A DNA stretch of 64,000 nucleotides, from positions 55,678,001 through 55,742,000 of the forward strand of contig NC_045696.1 of assembly GCF_009834535.1 (NCBI RefSeq), in the 5' to 3' direction. Origin of the DNA: Camelus ferus (Eukaryota). Below are positions 39,221 through 53,640 of the stretch, piece by piece. Made by a program: the position numbers and the translations under genes. The notes beneath the pieces are model-generated. The model did no database searches. It was not told the DNA's origin and was given only the letters and a program-made list of their open reading frames with translations. The stretch's first letter is position 1, and the number at the start of each line of letters is the position of its first letter.

Positions 39221-42200
39221 AGGAAAAAGGAGAAGTGTGGGAGGTGGTACTCCAAAAATTCATACTCCCTAAACTCAGAGAGATCCCAGTGTCTTGCTCC
39301 CTCCTTTTCTAAAAGAACGCTGCAAAAATATCCTCACCCATCCACACACTCATACAATCAAAGATATACTTGGTAGCCAAGGAGAAAGGCCACCAGGAGG
39401 TGGGAACATGCAGAGGCAGGCTTAGCAGACAAAGAGCCCAATGGGAAGGGAAACCCTGATCAGGGTGTCCAGACTGGTTTCGTCCTTGCTCTCTCTCCCT
39501 GTCTCCCAGAGACCAGGTGGGGAAGTAGCTTCCCCTTGTCTCTGCAGGGAGGGGAGCCCACAAACACCTCTGCACATCTGGATGCCTCTGACCCGGCGAG
39601 GATTCTGGCCCCCTGACACATCCACACCTGGGGCTGCCCCACCCCTCTCTCAGTTCCTTCTCTTGTTGGACAGAGCTAAACTGTGAGAGATGTCCCCTGG
39701 CCAGGCCTAATGTTGGCCATGAGGGTAAACAGGAGTCAGGGAAGACTTGGAGTCGTGGCTTTGTGAGTATGAGGCTTCAAGGGAACACTGCTGTAGGGGA
39801 GGGGGAAGCAAAATAGAGTGGGTGCCCCCAAGACACAAATTCATGGCGAATGAATCTGGGAGGCCTTCATGGAGAGGGTGGGACGTGAGCACAGCTTGCA
39901 CAGTGGAGAAGACTAGGGCAGGGATCTTTTTCTTTTCCCTGATCTGTCCCTCTTACCAGATGCTTAAAGGGAGGTAAGTGAGAGAGGACCACGAAGTGAG
40001 CTAAGCAAGTGATTCCAAACCAAGACGCACTTGAGGCTGAGTCATGAAGGGCTCTGTTAGCCTTCTCCCACGTTTCTTATGTGGACACCAGCCGCCCACT
40101 GCCTTCCCTCTCCAATCCCTCTCAGTTCCCAGGATGGAGAATTGGTCACATGGCCTGGGTCCTGAGCGGCTGACTACCCTCCACTGGGTCCTGTGGCACC
40201 AGGGCTGCTCTGTCCCCCATATGGAGGTGGTCCTCCTGGTAGGTTCCCCAGTCCTCTCAACCAGCTCAGGCCTGCCTTGCCCGTGTCTCCAGGCCACGCC
40301 TGCCACGCTGCTCTGAGAGTCTGCTATTCCAGTCTCTCTGCGGGGAGTTTCAGCCATTGCAAGCCCACACCCTTTTTACACAGGAATCATGATGTCTTTC
40401 AAACAGTAAAACCCTTCCTCCTCGCTGAAGTTCAGCTGCTCACTTTTTAAGCAGAGGAAGCAAATTTATAGAAGGGGAGAGAGGGCCTCTGGAGCTGACT
40501 CCCTCTCCTCCCTCTCCAGAGAGAGCTCATTAAGCCCCAGTGACCTCTGCCTGACGGCTGTAGGATGAGCGAGAACGGGCCCCCCCTGACAGTTTGCTCT
40601 ACCCACAACTTAACTGCGTGTAATTGAACTAACTGGACCGTATGCTGAGGTCACGAGCGGTGTCTTCTAAGTAAAAGATACTTCTTTGAATCCTAAAAGT
40701 CTGGCACAGTGTTTTACACGTGAAGATCCAATAAACATACTTAATTTGGTTTGACTGCTAAGGGTGTGCCTCAGCTTAAATGCTCTAAATTACTTCTGAC
40801 ACCAAAGTGTGTGTTAGTCTGGGCCAGAGAGAGGCCTACCAGACGCTTAAACCATAATCCTTAAAATTGGAAAGAAAGGAAATCTTAATCACTCTTCAAC
40901 ACTCCTGTACCTTTTTCTCAGTCTCCCTCTAACTCCAGGGCTTTACCACTGTCCAGCTGAGTGACTTTGGATAAGTCCTCAGACTTCCTGGAGCCCCAGT
41001 TTCCTGGCACTGAGTCAGGCAGATTCAACCAGGTGATCTTAAAAATCCCTTCCAACACTGACGTTCCAAAATTCCAGGATTCTGGTTGACTAACCAGTGG
41101 GAAGCAGGAAGGAGAATGGAGCATGCTGGCAGGTGGGGAGGGGTGGCTGGACAGGAGAAAATAAATACCAAGTTGGGAAGGAAAAAAGCCGTGGAGATAG
41201 ATGTGCACTTTGCGTCTAACCTGGTCCTTGCTGGGATGGTGTCATCTCGCCACATCCTACGTGAGGTCCAGGTGATGCTCACGCAGCTGCTCAGCCTGTC
41301 TTTTCACTCTTTCATCCACGTGTGCGCTCTGCCTCGTCCCACGTGCTGCTGGAGGACCATTCCCAGACTGTAGGAATCATGGGTGGTGTCATACAGGTTG
41401 AGTAAGATAGACGTAGCTCCTCATGGAGTTAAGGGAATAGAAGAAAAGCAGGCATTTAAAACCATGAAAACAAAAGCCACTTAATCAAGCATGACTTGTG
41501 TACCAGTTGTTCTAAGACTGTGGAACAAGGACTCACTCTTCTGTGGGGATCAGGGGTGGCTTCTCAGAGGAAGTGACCTGGTGCTGAGTCACCTTGTGCC
41601 TGGATTATCTCAGGTTTCTCTCCCTCCAGGTTCTCTTCACTATAAGTGATACTGACAGATCCTTTAAAACACCAATTTCTTGGCATTGATTTCTTCGTGG
41701 AAGCTCTGCAGTGGCCTCCTTGTGACAAGCTTGGGTGGAGACGCAGTCTCCGTTCAGAGCGTCTTCTAGGCTGTTACTCCCAACACAGGCTCTTTTGTCC
41801 TCTGGTGCCCAGAGAACCCTGGGGGTATGCCTGACCCCTTTCCCCGAACCCTCAAAAAAGGGATCAGAACCTGAGCCTTTCCATTTCAAAGCTGCTCATT
41901 CTTGGGCTACCCCTGGATCAAATCTGACCACTAACACTTTCTTGAGCAAAAAGCAAGCAGGAGTAAATTCCAATTTTGAAGCTGTTAAGGAAAAGGCAAG
42001 AGCAAGAGTTAGAAATCAAAAGCATGGTGAGCTGTTTGAGACCCAGCTTCTCTAACTAGAAATAACGTTGTCTGCGTGGTGAACTAGCCTTTTCTTTACT
42101 AGTTGTCCACGTTCTTTAGATATTATTCATGACTTCCTCCTCCTCAAAGGAAGTGCCCCGAACTCTGACTGTAATCCTTCATGCCATCTTTATCATTTGG

Positions 42201-44759
42201 CTCTGTCCTCAGCATATCTGGGGAGAATCACTTCTAAAGGCGGAGCTGAGAGCAGGGTTATGATAGTGGGGGGGAAGGAGAGGGATTCAGGTTCAGGGAA
42301 TTACAGTACCTGGCTTCTGAATGAAGCTGGTTCTCCATAGGAAACATTCAGAATACTGAGTACATTTTGAGCTGCAAAACCTCAGGATAAAAGCTTGGAT
42401 GCCATCATCCCTTGCTGTTTTAACACACCGCAGATCACTACTAATTTTGCCTGATTTTACATGAAGAACGATGCATTCCCCACAAAGGTGAAGGTGCAGT
42501 GCCTGCAGGAGCGTATCTTTTTGTTGTGATGCATCAGAGATTCAGAAAGAAAGCTGGGGAAGGGAGGCGTATCAGTTTCCAAAATACTCTACCTTATGTT
42601 CAGCTATGTTCCCTGAGACCAAAAAACAGAAACTCAAAGAAATTAGACAACCTTGGTTTACATCATAAAACAGTGTTCAGAATTCTAGACAATACAGCAG
42701 AGCTGTGTGTCCTGTTTTTTTGGCAGTTTACTCTATTTGAGGTTACAGGAAAGGCTCTAGAGAAGACTTCCCTCACCTGGGTTCTGAAGGACGCTGGAGC
42801 ATCTGGGTGCATCTCAGTCACAAGGAGCGTGCAAAGGCATGACGGGTAGGCTCAGGGAATGGTGGGGAGTTTGATGTGACTGGAGAGGGTCGTGTTGGGG
42901 GAGGGGTCATAAAGAAGTGAGCAAGCCCTCTGTGGTCCTTGGTCTTCACTGGGGACAAACACAATCAGATCTGTGTTTTTGAAAACTCATTCTGGTGGCT
43001 TGCAGGGGGATGGACTGAGGAGACTGCCAGCACTAAAAGCCCCAGCAACGTCGCCACTCTGCCGCCTCCCCGACTCCTTCCTGTTCAGGTGCTCCATGAA
43101 CACCTATCACTTTTTTAAAACAAACTTTTAAAAGAGAACCTCTTTTAGAGTTTCTCCAAGGGTAGTCCTGAGAATTTGTAGGGGAATCTCCTGGAGTCTG
43201 CACTTTTCTTTAGCTGCTGAGAGGCTCTTTTGCACACCAAGGTATGAGAATCTCCCGGAGGCTAGTTTCTAGGCAGGCCTCCCTCCCTCCATCTTCAGCC
43301 ATTGGAAATGGTCAGCCCTGGTCTCAGGGGAGAGCCTGCGTGTGCAGATGCATAGTCTTAAACCATGAACACCAAAGAGGCTTCAAGTTCTAATGGAAGG
43401 GGATGAGATTTGGTGGGTTTTTTCCTTCTACTCATCTGTATTTAAATTTTTTTTCTACTTGTAGTACTCGTATAATAAGGGGAAAAAAAGCTAAATAAAA
43501 TAAATTTAATGAGCACCCAGTATTTGCAAGCACTGAACAAGTTCATGGAAGAAACGGGTTGTCCCAAAAGGGTTACACATTGCAGGGAAGTGCCGTTGTT
43601 TTCAGCAGGAAAGAGGCCTTGTAACAACAGGAAGCTCTGGGAGGTCGTGGTACCCAGGCTTCCAAGCACAGCGGTTCTGGAAACAATGGCTGCCTGTGGC
43701 TCGGGAATATTGGGCAGGAAATGAAAGGATGCTGGGAGGGGGGTGAGCAGGGAGGAGCTGATAAGCGCTACCTGGCTGTCCTTCGCCTAGGCCCAGCAGG
43801 CCAGCAATGAAGTTGTTTTTTCTAAATGCTCCCCATCTTTCATTAGCACAGTTGATCTTAGGAAAGCACAGAAATGAAAAGAACCCATGGTGCCCTAAGC
43901 CTGGAAACCATTAGGAAGCTGAGTCCCCCCGGGGGAAACCAGAAGGTACAACCAGGAAGAGGAGGTAGTTGTGGCTCTCAGGGCATGGTCCCCTCAGTCA
44001 CAGGACCTTCAGATGAACTCAGCACCACTTAGAGCCCACTCCCTGGAGGACTCCAGCCTCCATAATAATAAAAATAGCCCTGGGGTTAATAGGAGTCCAG
44101 CAATACCAAAGGAGATGCAGGTAGAACTCTTGAGATCAAAGTTTATATTTATTTAACACAAATTTTTGTTCTTATGGGTGGAGCAAGATGGGGAGTCAAT
44201 TAACAACACAAATAAGAAACAAAACCAAAACTAACAAACAAAAAATAATGCTAATGCTTTGCCCTAGAAGACCTAGATAAACAGGAACCAGTAGGAGTGA
44301 GGACCTGAACGTCGCAGGTAGAATCAGTTCTTCATTTCTAGCCCGGCTTCTCCCTGGCTTCATCCAGGAAGTTCACAGGTCATGGGATGTTGGCCTTGGA
44401 AGGGATAAGCAATCATCTAGATCCAGAACTTGAACTTAGTGCAGAGAAAAGTCTGAGGCTGGGAGTGGCTGTTTCTTGCTTGAGGACATACAGCTGGTTT
44501 GTGTTGCTTTAACCAGCATCTGGTATCTGGGAGACACCTAGGGGCAATTCAAAGAGGAGAACTGGTTACTCCCCTCAAAGGTCTGAAATCTAGTACCTGG
44601 AGGTCAGGGCTAGAACCCGGGGTTCTTAACTCCCTGTTGTAGGTCCTTCTCTCTCATCAGGTTGCTCTTAGACATGCAATCACCCCAGCTTTCTGCTGCT
44701 TTCTGGTCTTCGCCATGCCTGGTCTGTGCCTGGGTTCCCCTAGTGTGGAGGTTATGCTT

Positions 44760-44965
44760 ATGTAAGGTACTGAAAAATGCATGAACTTGGGATTCAGACA
44801 GACTCATCAGTGCTTTGCCACTAGCTGTTTGATCTTGGACAAGCCATTCAACTCCATCAAACCTTAGTTTTCCACCTGTAAGATAAGAGCAGTCACGTCT
44901 ACCCCTCAGAGTTGTGAGAATTAAATGAAATCATGATCATTAAGCAAGGGACCCCACATAGCGTT
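44760..44965 (+). mobile_element. MIR SINE
   Basis: gccactagctgtttgatcttggacaagccatt...ccttagttttccacctgtaagataag...gttgtgagaattaaatgaaatcatg. Confidence 0.7.
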
Positions 44966-47580
44966 TGGTTAGTGCATCCCATGACCACCTACTAGGCATG
45001 CAAACAAAAAAAGTCTGGACACACATGAGAAGAAAACTTGCATTGTCCTCATTCTTAAGATGATTGGTGTTAGTGAAGCATACAATTCAAGAAGCTGGTT
45101 TATTTTCCCTGTTTCTCTCTCATTAACCTGCTCAGCTCCATCCCTTCTTCTGGGACTCTCTCCGGAGGGACATGTGGTCATCCTGTCTATCCATCGCTGT
45201 GGAAGAGCCCCCATCCGTGGCATCTCAGAAAGCGGGTGGCAAGAAAGAGAGGGGCTGCTAGTCCAAAAATAAAATCTTGAACACATGAGCCACCCTGACT
45301 GTGTGCAGTTAAGTTGAGAATTTAAATGATTTCTCGGCAATGAAAGGGAAGCTGATGCTCACAGCCGGACCTGAGGCTGCTGGGATGTGACCGAACTTTC
45401 TGCCATCCACAGGCAGCCTTATGGAGTGAGTGACGTCTGCCCCCCACTCCCCTGAGAACAAAGACAGACCGTAGAAAAGAACAGCCAAAAAAAAAAAAGT
45501 CTTTGTAAACTATACGAAGCCTAGCACCCTCTATTTTCAGTGAGGGACATTCTCAGCAAAGAGACACTTTCTGCACAGTTCCTGTGTACAAGGTGACGAG
45601 GGCCAGCTCTAAGCCCAAGGCCGTGTCGGGGCTCCTTGAGGTCTGTTCTCTGTGTATCCTCATCACACCCCACCCTTTCTCTCCACTCAGCACCACCCTT
45701 CCTCATGGTCACAACCGTCCCCTCCTCCAAAACAAAAGCAAACCCAGAGCCCCTGTGACAGTCCCTCTGAGGCTGTTTCCACTGGCTTGTTAACTAGCAG
45801 ATGACGGACATTTGGTCCCAGATATTTCACTGCCCTCACCCAGCCTTTTGTCTCTGAGTCTCTCCTAAAGAAAGTTTAGGAAGCAGCTAGAAAAGCGTGG
45901 GCCTTCTCACTTCCTCTTCGACAAAGCATAAGAGGTCCTCGGCACTGACCCTAAAGGGACACCTTGGTTTTGCTCATCTGAGTGATATGTTTGTGGCAAG
46001 TCTTTATCCCCTCCCTTCCCCACCTTGCTCAAAAGCCCCTTCCCTTGAGGTGAGGAATTCCAGGATACCCCTGATGAGGCAGCTGCCTGGATTGGACATT
46101 ATTCTATAGGCAATGGGGAGCCACTGAAGGGTTTGGAGTCGGGGAGCTTTATCATCAAGATAGTGTTTTAGAAAGATTTGTCTGGCAGTGGAGCTCAGAA
46201 CAGATTGTAGTCTTCCTAGGCTGTCATTAAAAGCTCCCCCAGTTTACCTGAGTTTGCCTTCTCTTCCACCAGACTGGTCTAGTCAGCATTCCTGGGATTC
46301 AGCACATTATTTCTTGTTTTCCCACCTTGCGTATGCCAGTCCCTGCTCTACCTCCAACAGAAAGTGGGTGATGTTTACAAAGTGATTATTATATGCCAGA
46401 AGCTGACGCAAGGCTTCTGTCTGTGTCATAGTATTTACTGCATCACATCACAACATAGCATCTCAAATCACTGCTAGGAAGCAGTGTCAGGGTTCTTAAT
46501 GTGTAGCCTTCCGAGTCCTCTATCCACTTACACATCGTGAGGACCCAGGGCGAGGGTCCTGTCTCAGCACTTTCTAACCAGCTCCTTCTCATACTCTCAG
46601 CTCTCTTTAATGCACACAATTTCCTGTTCTTGTTCAACACCAGAAGCCCTGCCTGACTTCCCCCACTGTGGTGTAATCTGTTTAGAAGAACTGCTATCAC
46701 ATTTCTGTGCCTCTCTAAGGCCCTCAACGTTAATATTTTGCTTGATATTTTCACACTGGCCAAGTTACATAATACCTCTGAGCTTCAGTTTCCTCATTTA
46801 TAAAACAAGGATAAATGCCTTCCTCATAAAGTGGTTCTGAGGACTGAACTGGGTACAAATCATGCATGGAAGTGTAGCACTCAGGGCTGAGCACATATTA
46901 GGTACACAGTAATCGTCTATTCCCTTCTTGGCTTCTTGAGGGTAAAGATCTCATTCACCTTCTTGTCCCCTGGGCTACATAGGCCCCCAGTGCATCTGCT
47001 TAGGTAGGAGAATTGTTGTCATTGGAAAGAGTTGGTGCACTCACTGATAGCAGAGACCTGAGGGCCTGGCTGGGACGGGTCAGGGCATGGACCAGGGGGG
47101 GAACTGGACACTTCTACAGGAAAGAGCTGACTGGACCTAGCATCTGAGACCCTGGAAGTGAGGAAAGGAGGGGACTCCAGGCTGCAATCTGCCATCAGGA
47201 GCTTCACCCAGCAGTGGAGCAGAGCTAGTCCTCAGCCACAGCAGGCCTGCAAGTTAGGCAAACCCTTCTATTTAACAAGGAGCAACCACCTTGCAGGGTC
47301 ACTGGAAAGGACTAACAAATAGACAGAAATTGCCTCACTAACGTCAGAAAGGCCTCTGGCTTCTTTAGTGAAATTTGTTTTTTAAAACCTATTTCTTTCT
47401 TTGAAAAAATTATTTGTGCTTCATCCTCATTAGAGAAAATTCAGAAAAACAAAGTTAAGGATATAGAAAAGCAAAAACACACTATTAACTTTTCAGTGAT
47501 TTTTATCATTTAAGATACTGGGAAGGGTGATGTAAAAGGGAGACACTCTTTGCTCTTTGTATTTGTGTATCTTTTTCATT

Positions 47581-49195
47581 CTTTATTCTTTTCCCCCCAG
47601 TTTTACTGAGATATAATTGACATATATTACTGTATAAGTTTAAGGTGTGCAGCATAACGGCTTCACTTACATCTATTGTGAAATGATGACCACAATAGGT
47701 TTAGTTAGCATCCATCATCCCATATAGATGCAAGAAAAAGAGAAAGCAAAGAATTTCTTTTCCTTGTGATGAGAACACTTAGGATTTCCTCCCTTCACAA
47801 TTTTCATATATATAACGTACAACAATGTTAACCACAGTCATCATGCTGCACCTCACGGCCCTGGTACTCATTTATCTTGTAACTGGAAGTTTGTACCTTT
47901 TGACCACCTTTCTCCAATTCCTGCACCTCACCCTTCCCACCTCAGCCTCTGGTAACCACAAATCTGATCTTTTTTCTATGAGTTTGGTTCTATTTTGGTT
48001 TTTTAGATTCCACATCTAAGTGAGATCATACAGTATTTGTCTTTCTCTGACTTCTTTCACTTAGCATAATGCCCTCAATGTCCATCTATGTTGTCACAAA
48101 TGGCAGGATTTCCATTATTTTTTATGGCTGAATATTATTCGATCGCATATGTATGCCACAACTTCTTTATCCAATCATCTGTTGATGGAGACTTACTTTG
48201 TTTCCATGTCTCAACTATTGTAAATAAAGCTGCTATGAACAGGAAGGTGAAGATATCTTTTCAAGTTAGTGTTTTTGTGTCCTTTGGATGTACTCCCAGA
48301 AGTAATTGCTGGATCATATGGCAGTTCTATTTTTAATTTTTTGAGGGTGCTCCATACTGTTTTCCATAGTGGCTGCACCAAATTATAATCCCACTAATGG
48401 TGCACAAGGGCTCCCTTTTCTCCACATTCTCACCAGCATTTGTTAAATCTTGTCTTTTTGATGTTGACCATTCTAACAGGCATGAAAAGACGTCTCATTG
48501 TGGTTTTGATTTGCATCTCCCTAATGACTAGTGATGTTGAGCATCTTTTCATGTATCTGTTGGCTTTTTGTGTATCTTCTTTGGAGAAATGTCTATTCAG
48601 ATCTTTTGCCCACTTTTAAATTGGATTACTTAATTTTTTTGCTATTGAGTTGTGTATATTTTGGATATTAACCTCGTATCAGATATATGGTTTGCAAATA
48701 TTTTTACCTGTTCCATAGGTTGCCTTTTCACTTTGTTGATTGTTTCTTTTGCTGTGCAGAAGCTTTTTAGTTTGATGTAGTCCTGCTTATTTATCTTTGA
48801 TTTTGTTGCTTCTGCTTTTGGTGCTATATCCAAAAAGTCATTGCCAAGACCCAGTGAAGGAGCTTTTTTCCTGTCTTCTTCTGAGAGTTCCATAGTTTCA
48901 GATCTTACATTGAGTTCTTTACTCCATTTCAAGTTAACTTTTGTTAGTGGTATAGATATAGGTCTAGTTTGACTCTTTTACATGTGAATATCCAATTTTC
49001 CCAGCATCAGTTATTGAAGAGACTATCTTTTCTACATTGAGTATTCTTGGCCCCTTTGTCAAATACAGCAGACCATATATTCTTGGGTTTATATCTAGGC
49101 TTTTGACTTTTTTCCGTTGATCTATTTGTTTTTACACCAGTATCATACAGTTTTGATTATTATAACTTTATAGTATAGCCTGAAGTCAGGAAGTG
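47581..49195 (-). mobile_element. 5'-truncated LINE-1 (L1MA9-like) with 9-bp target-site duplication
   Basis: ORF 48642..48932 (-) KWSKELNVRSETM...DYIKLKSFCTAKETINKVKRQP...IFANHISD is L1 ORF2; 3'UTR next to the T-rich end; TTTTTCATT flanks both sides (47572-47580 and 49196-49204). Confidence 0.9.
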
Positions 49196-49489
49196 TTTTT
49201 CATTTTCATACTGCTTTTGTAACTTTTCAAAAGAAATTTAAAAGTAAATGTTAACTGCTAGGTGTTGAACACCTAAAATCCATCACCACCGTAAAGTAGG
49301 GGCTGCAGTGGTAGAATTTCAGGCATTTGGGTAGTTAAGGGCAAGGAACCAGTCAGCTTTCCTTAAATGCTACCTCCATACTTGGCCAACAATTCATGGG
49401 ACCTGCCCTGCAAGGTGGGGAGGGTTTGAGTCAGGCAGGTGTAGCCTGGGGCTTTCTTTTTTGTCCTCCTCAATGTGGTACCATGAAAA

Positions 49490-49700
49490 AAGTCAGACAA
49501 ACCTAAGTTTGGATCCCCACTTTGGCACTTACTGGCTATGTGATGTTGGTCAACTTACCTAGCCTCTCTGAGAATCAGCTTTCACATTTTCAAAATGAAG
49601 AATTTTACCTTTTTCATGGATTGGCTATGATTATAGAATGGAAAATGCTATGAAAAGAGAAAAAAAAAGCACCTTATGCAGTGCCTGACACATAAAAAGT
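49490..49700 (+). mobile_element. MIR SINE
   Basis: agtcagacaaacctaagtttggatcccc...cacttactggctatgtgatgttggtcaacttacctagcctctctgag...cagtgcctgacacata. Confidence 0.7.
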
Positions 49701-49959
49701 GCTTTCTTCTTCAAAGGACCCAGATATCAATGGAGCACTGAAAACCAATCTGGAGAATAATGGCCAATCTCCTGCTCAGCAAAACACTTCAAGTGCATGT
49801 GTTTTCAAGGCTCTTCTGGATGAATAAGACAGTACTGTCCTCCTTGTCCTAAGAAGCTCACAACTTAGTAATGGAGATGACACAGGTCGAGACAACACCC
49901 AGCACCTAGTGCTGGATAAAAGCAAGTTTGCAATAAGTATTTATTGAATTGGACTTTTT

Positions 49960-50545
49960 TATGAAAAATTTTTGGAAAAGGTAATATATTCTTATAGTTA
50001 AAGACTCAAAAGTATAAAAGAATTGACTCATAGCTCTGGCCCCAGCCTCCCAGTTCTTTTTCCTGTAGGCAGCTAAAGTTGTCACTTTCTTATGTGTCCT
50101 TCCATAGATATTTAATGCACATACAAAGGAATTGTATAGTTGTTCTTTTGTTTTCTGTAAAGAAAAAAAAAGCAAATGCCAGCATACCAATACGGTCTGC
50201 ACCTTGATCTTTTTGTTTAATAATATATATTGGAGACAACTGCATATCAGTACATGAAAGTTCCTCATTCTTTCTGATGATTATATAGTATTCCATTACA
50301 TGGATGTTCCATTATTTACATAAACAGCTTCCTATTGATGGACAATCTTGTGCCATTGCAAAAAATTTCTGCATTGAATAACCTTGTACATATAGAAATG
50401 TCCCGGAATTGGGGTAGTGAAAGTGTTCTGAAATATGATGGTTGCTTAACTCTGTAAGTATACTGAAAACCACTTAATTGTATGCTTTAAAAGGGTGAAT
50501 TTCATGGCATTTGAATTATATCTCAATTTTTAAGGGTTAAAAAAT
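49960..50545. mobile_element. Old L1 fragments: L1ME-type (-, about 49960-50395) abutting an L1M 3' end (+, about 50400-50545)
   Basis: tagtattccattacatggatgttccatt...cctattgatggaca (reverse L1); then aaaccacttaattgtatgctttaaaagggtgaatttcatggcatttgaattatatctcaat (L1M 3'UTR end). Confidence 0.6.
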
Positions 50546-52379
50546 AAAAAAAGAAACTTTTTTCAAAGGAGGACAGGCTAAAGTCTAAAGATATTTAAAA
50601 ATTCTTTTTCCTCAGAAAATTAGAAAGCAGCTACTTTGCTTTTTGTAAAGAACAGAGAATATTATACTTTAAAAAATAAATACCACAAATTTTCAGACTT
50701 TTCTATAATTCCACATTATGCCAGGAGGAAGAGAGTAGAAAGAAGTGAAAACAGGGAATTGCCAAGGAACAGTGAGCTCTCAGGCAAGCGGAGACTCACA
50801 GAGGCGAGGGAGGAGTGTGGCACAGGAGGGATGGAGTCGCAGGACAGAGGACGGATGGGACAGAAACAAAAACTGGGAGCCGGCAGAGAGAGAAGGTACA
50901 GGAGCCACTGAGATGGCTCTTAGATTCCCAGGGAATGGGAAGCGAGGAAGTTCTCTGCTGACAATCAAGAATCATGGAAAAGTGATTGAAATCTTTACTT
51001 CATCTCTTGAAAAAAATGTGGGAGCAGAATGGGCTCATCCACTGCAGAGCAGAGCTGCTTGGAGTCCTCACTCTGTCCCCTGTGCACGGCAGCAGACTCT
51101 CAGAGATTTCTTCCCTGTTCAGTGGCTTGTCTCTCTGTGACCCTCCCCCTGCAAGTATCAGTTCTTCTTCATCTGCCAGTGGTCCTTGGTCCTTTCTATC
51201 ACCCTAGTCAAGATGATGAATATATCCATCACTCCCAAAAGTTTCCTCTGCCCCTCTGCAGTTCCCACTTCTTTCCTCTTCCTTGCTTTCTCTCACTAAA
51301 AGTTAGGTTGTATTTTCTAGAGTCCTAGATTAATAGAATCATATAGTATGTACTCTTCCATAGTCTGCCTTCTATCACTTACATGCTTTATCATTGCTTT
51401 TTATTGCCGAGTCATATTCCATTATGTGTATGCACTTTGAAGATTAGGGATGCAGAACTCAGAGAGGGGGTGAAATATGACCTGTACAAGACCCTAACAA
51501 AAATCCAGAATGGGGATGGAGACATGCCATATTTTCCTGAAACACAAATGCAATTTGCACTATGAAAGAATGAGGCCACCATGACCACACAACTGACCAA
51601 ATAAAACTGTACTTGTTCCAGTCTCCCTCTCCAGATCTGATCAGATCTCAACCACATGGGGAACTGGGGCAGCTTAGCAGACATTACTTCTGGGGGGATT
51701 CAGAGAAATGGTTTGACTGCTGGCCTTTTCTGCCCTAAATCCTTGAAAAGGTTAGGGATTGAGGAAAGGAGTACCCCAACATATGTTTATTTATACTTAT
51801 TTATTTCTAAGTGTAAAATGTCTTTTAGTTGTACCAGATTGGATCAAATGTAACAAAGAAGTTTAAAATGTTTTGTAAACTGTAAAACGTAAATCAAAGG
51901 CAAAGTTTTCTTTTCCATCAGAAACCACCTCAAGATTTATTTTGTGCTTGGATTAAAATTTAACGTTTAAGATCGCTGATCCGGGAAAAACAAAACAAAA
52001 CAAAACAAAAAAGGGACTTAGAGAACCATCAGTGGAACAATTCAAAGAAGTTATAATATTGCATCATAATCAGCAACTGTGTGTACCTCTGTAGGAGGAG
52101 ACAAAGTTCTTTGGGTTCATGATAAATCCCACAGAACTAGCTCTGTGACTCTGACTTCCAGCATCACTCCTTTCAGGCCTAAATAGACAATGAAAGCTTT
52201 CTTTTCATCTGTAAGTACTCAGCCATTTTGTACCAAGCTTCTACCCTGTCCAGAGTCCTAGGGTGTCCCCAGTTTGATTGGACCCCAGGGACAATAGTCT
52301 AAAGAGTTCTGAGGCTTTGAGACAAAACTCTTATTAGCGCCTGCAGCACCACGGGCCAGTATTACTTTTAGAGCCTGGC

Positions 52380-52605
52380 TACCCTTAATGTGGGTTGCAG
52401 ACTGTCTGTATCTGAATCATCTGGGAATTTGTTAGACATGCAAATTCTTGAGCACCCCGCAGCAACCCTCCCATTGGAATCTGCGTGCTAAGAGGATCCC
52501 AGTGGTTTGTATCCACGTTAAAGTATGAGATGCTTTAGTGTGCATCAGAGTCACCTGGAAGCAGCTGCTGGCCCTCACCTGGGGACCACAATCTGAGAAC
52601 CACTG
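52380..52605. mobile_element. Tandem MER5-family fragments
   Basis: gaatcatctgggaatttgttagacatgcaaattctt...catcagagtcacctgg...ggggaccacaatctgagaaccactg. Confidence 0.65.
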
Positions 52606-53459
52606 CTCTGACTCTAGAGCCAGATGATTACAGAGATCAAGTGGGTCCTTTCACATTTACTGAGAGTAATGGAGACTCCTTAGTCTTCCAACGCGACCTG
52701 AGACGAGACTCCAGGAAAGCTAACACTCCTCGGGGACTGGGACCATGGCCTTTTTCTCTGGGTTGTTTTAATATTGTCTTCCTGTTTAAACAGATCCAGG
52801 ACAAGAGGTTCTAGGGCCTCTGTACCAAAGCCAGAGTAAATTTATGTCAGAGGCTCCATCCGGGAATGTGTTCCCCACCTTTAAAACAAACGGAGCCCGA
52901 GGTGCTGCAGCTGAGGGCCATGGTGCTGGCAAGCCGCTCCCTGAGGATGGGGTAGGACGGATGGGTGACCCTGCACTGCCCTTTTGTGGAGTGTTCTTTA
53001 TAAAGGGCCTTCAAGGCTGAGGCTTTTGTCTTTGAGTCCCCCTTGGAAATGGTCCAAGCTCTTAAGTCCACTTGTGCCCTGTGTGGCACCACAGCCATAT
53101 ACCTTGGTGCAGAAGCACCTTGCCAAACAGGTCCAGATCAAGCACAGTTACAGAACTGCTAACAAAATCCATACCCTGTTGCCCTGCTGCCTTTGTGTTA
53201 TGAAGATGCACCTCAATGCATAGAAGAGAGGCTGCAGGTGAGCAAAATGACCTTCAAATAGAAACACTGAACCGGAGAAGTCTGCAAAAGGCATTCTGAA
53301 TAGTGGAGGTGAGTGTTGACTGGTAAGAGGTTGGTCAACCCACCCCCCGCTGCCCATCGGATGGAAGGAGGCAAACTGTTTTCACCAAGCTTGCATCTCA
53401 CAAATTATAAATTTCATCATAGAGAAGCTTCAGGTAGAAATTGTAACTGTCACTGTGGA

Positions 53460-53640
53460 ATACTCATTATATGCCAGGGTCTGTGCTAAGTGTTTACAGG
53501 TGTTACTTCAGTCCACCAGCTCTGAGGTTAACATCATTGTTATCCTCATCTTACAGATATGGAAACTGAGAGAATGACTGCATATTTTTCCCAAGGCTAC
53601 AAAGGCAATTTGGTGTCCCAACCTGTGCTCTGAACTGTGA
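53460..53640 (-). mobile_element. MIR SINE
   Basis: tatgccagggtctgtgctaagtgtttaca...atcctcatcttacagatatggaaactgag. Confidence 0.7.
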
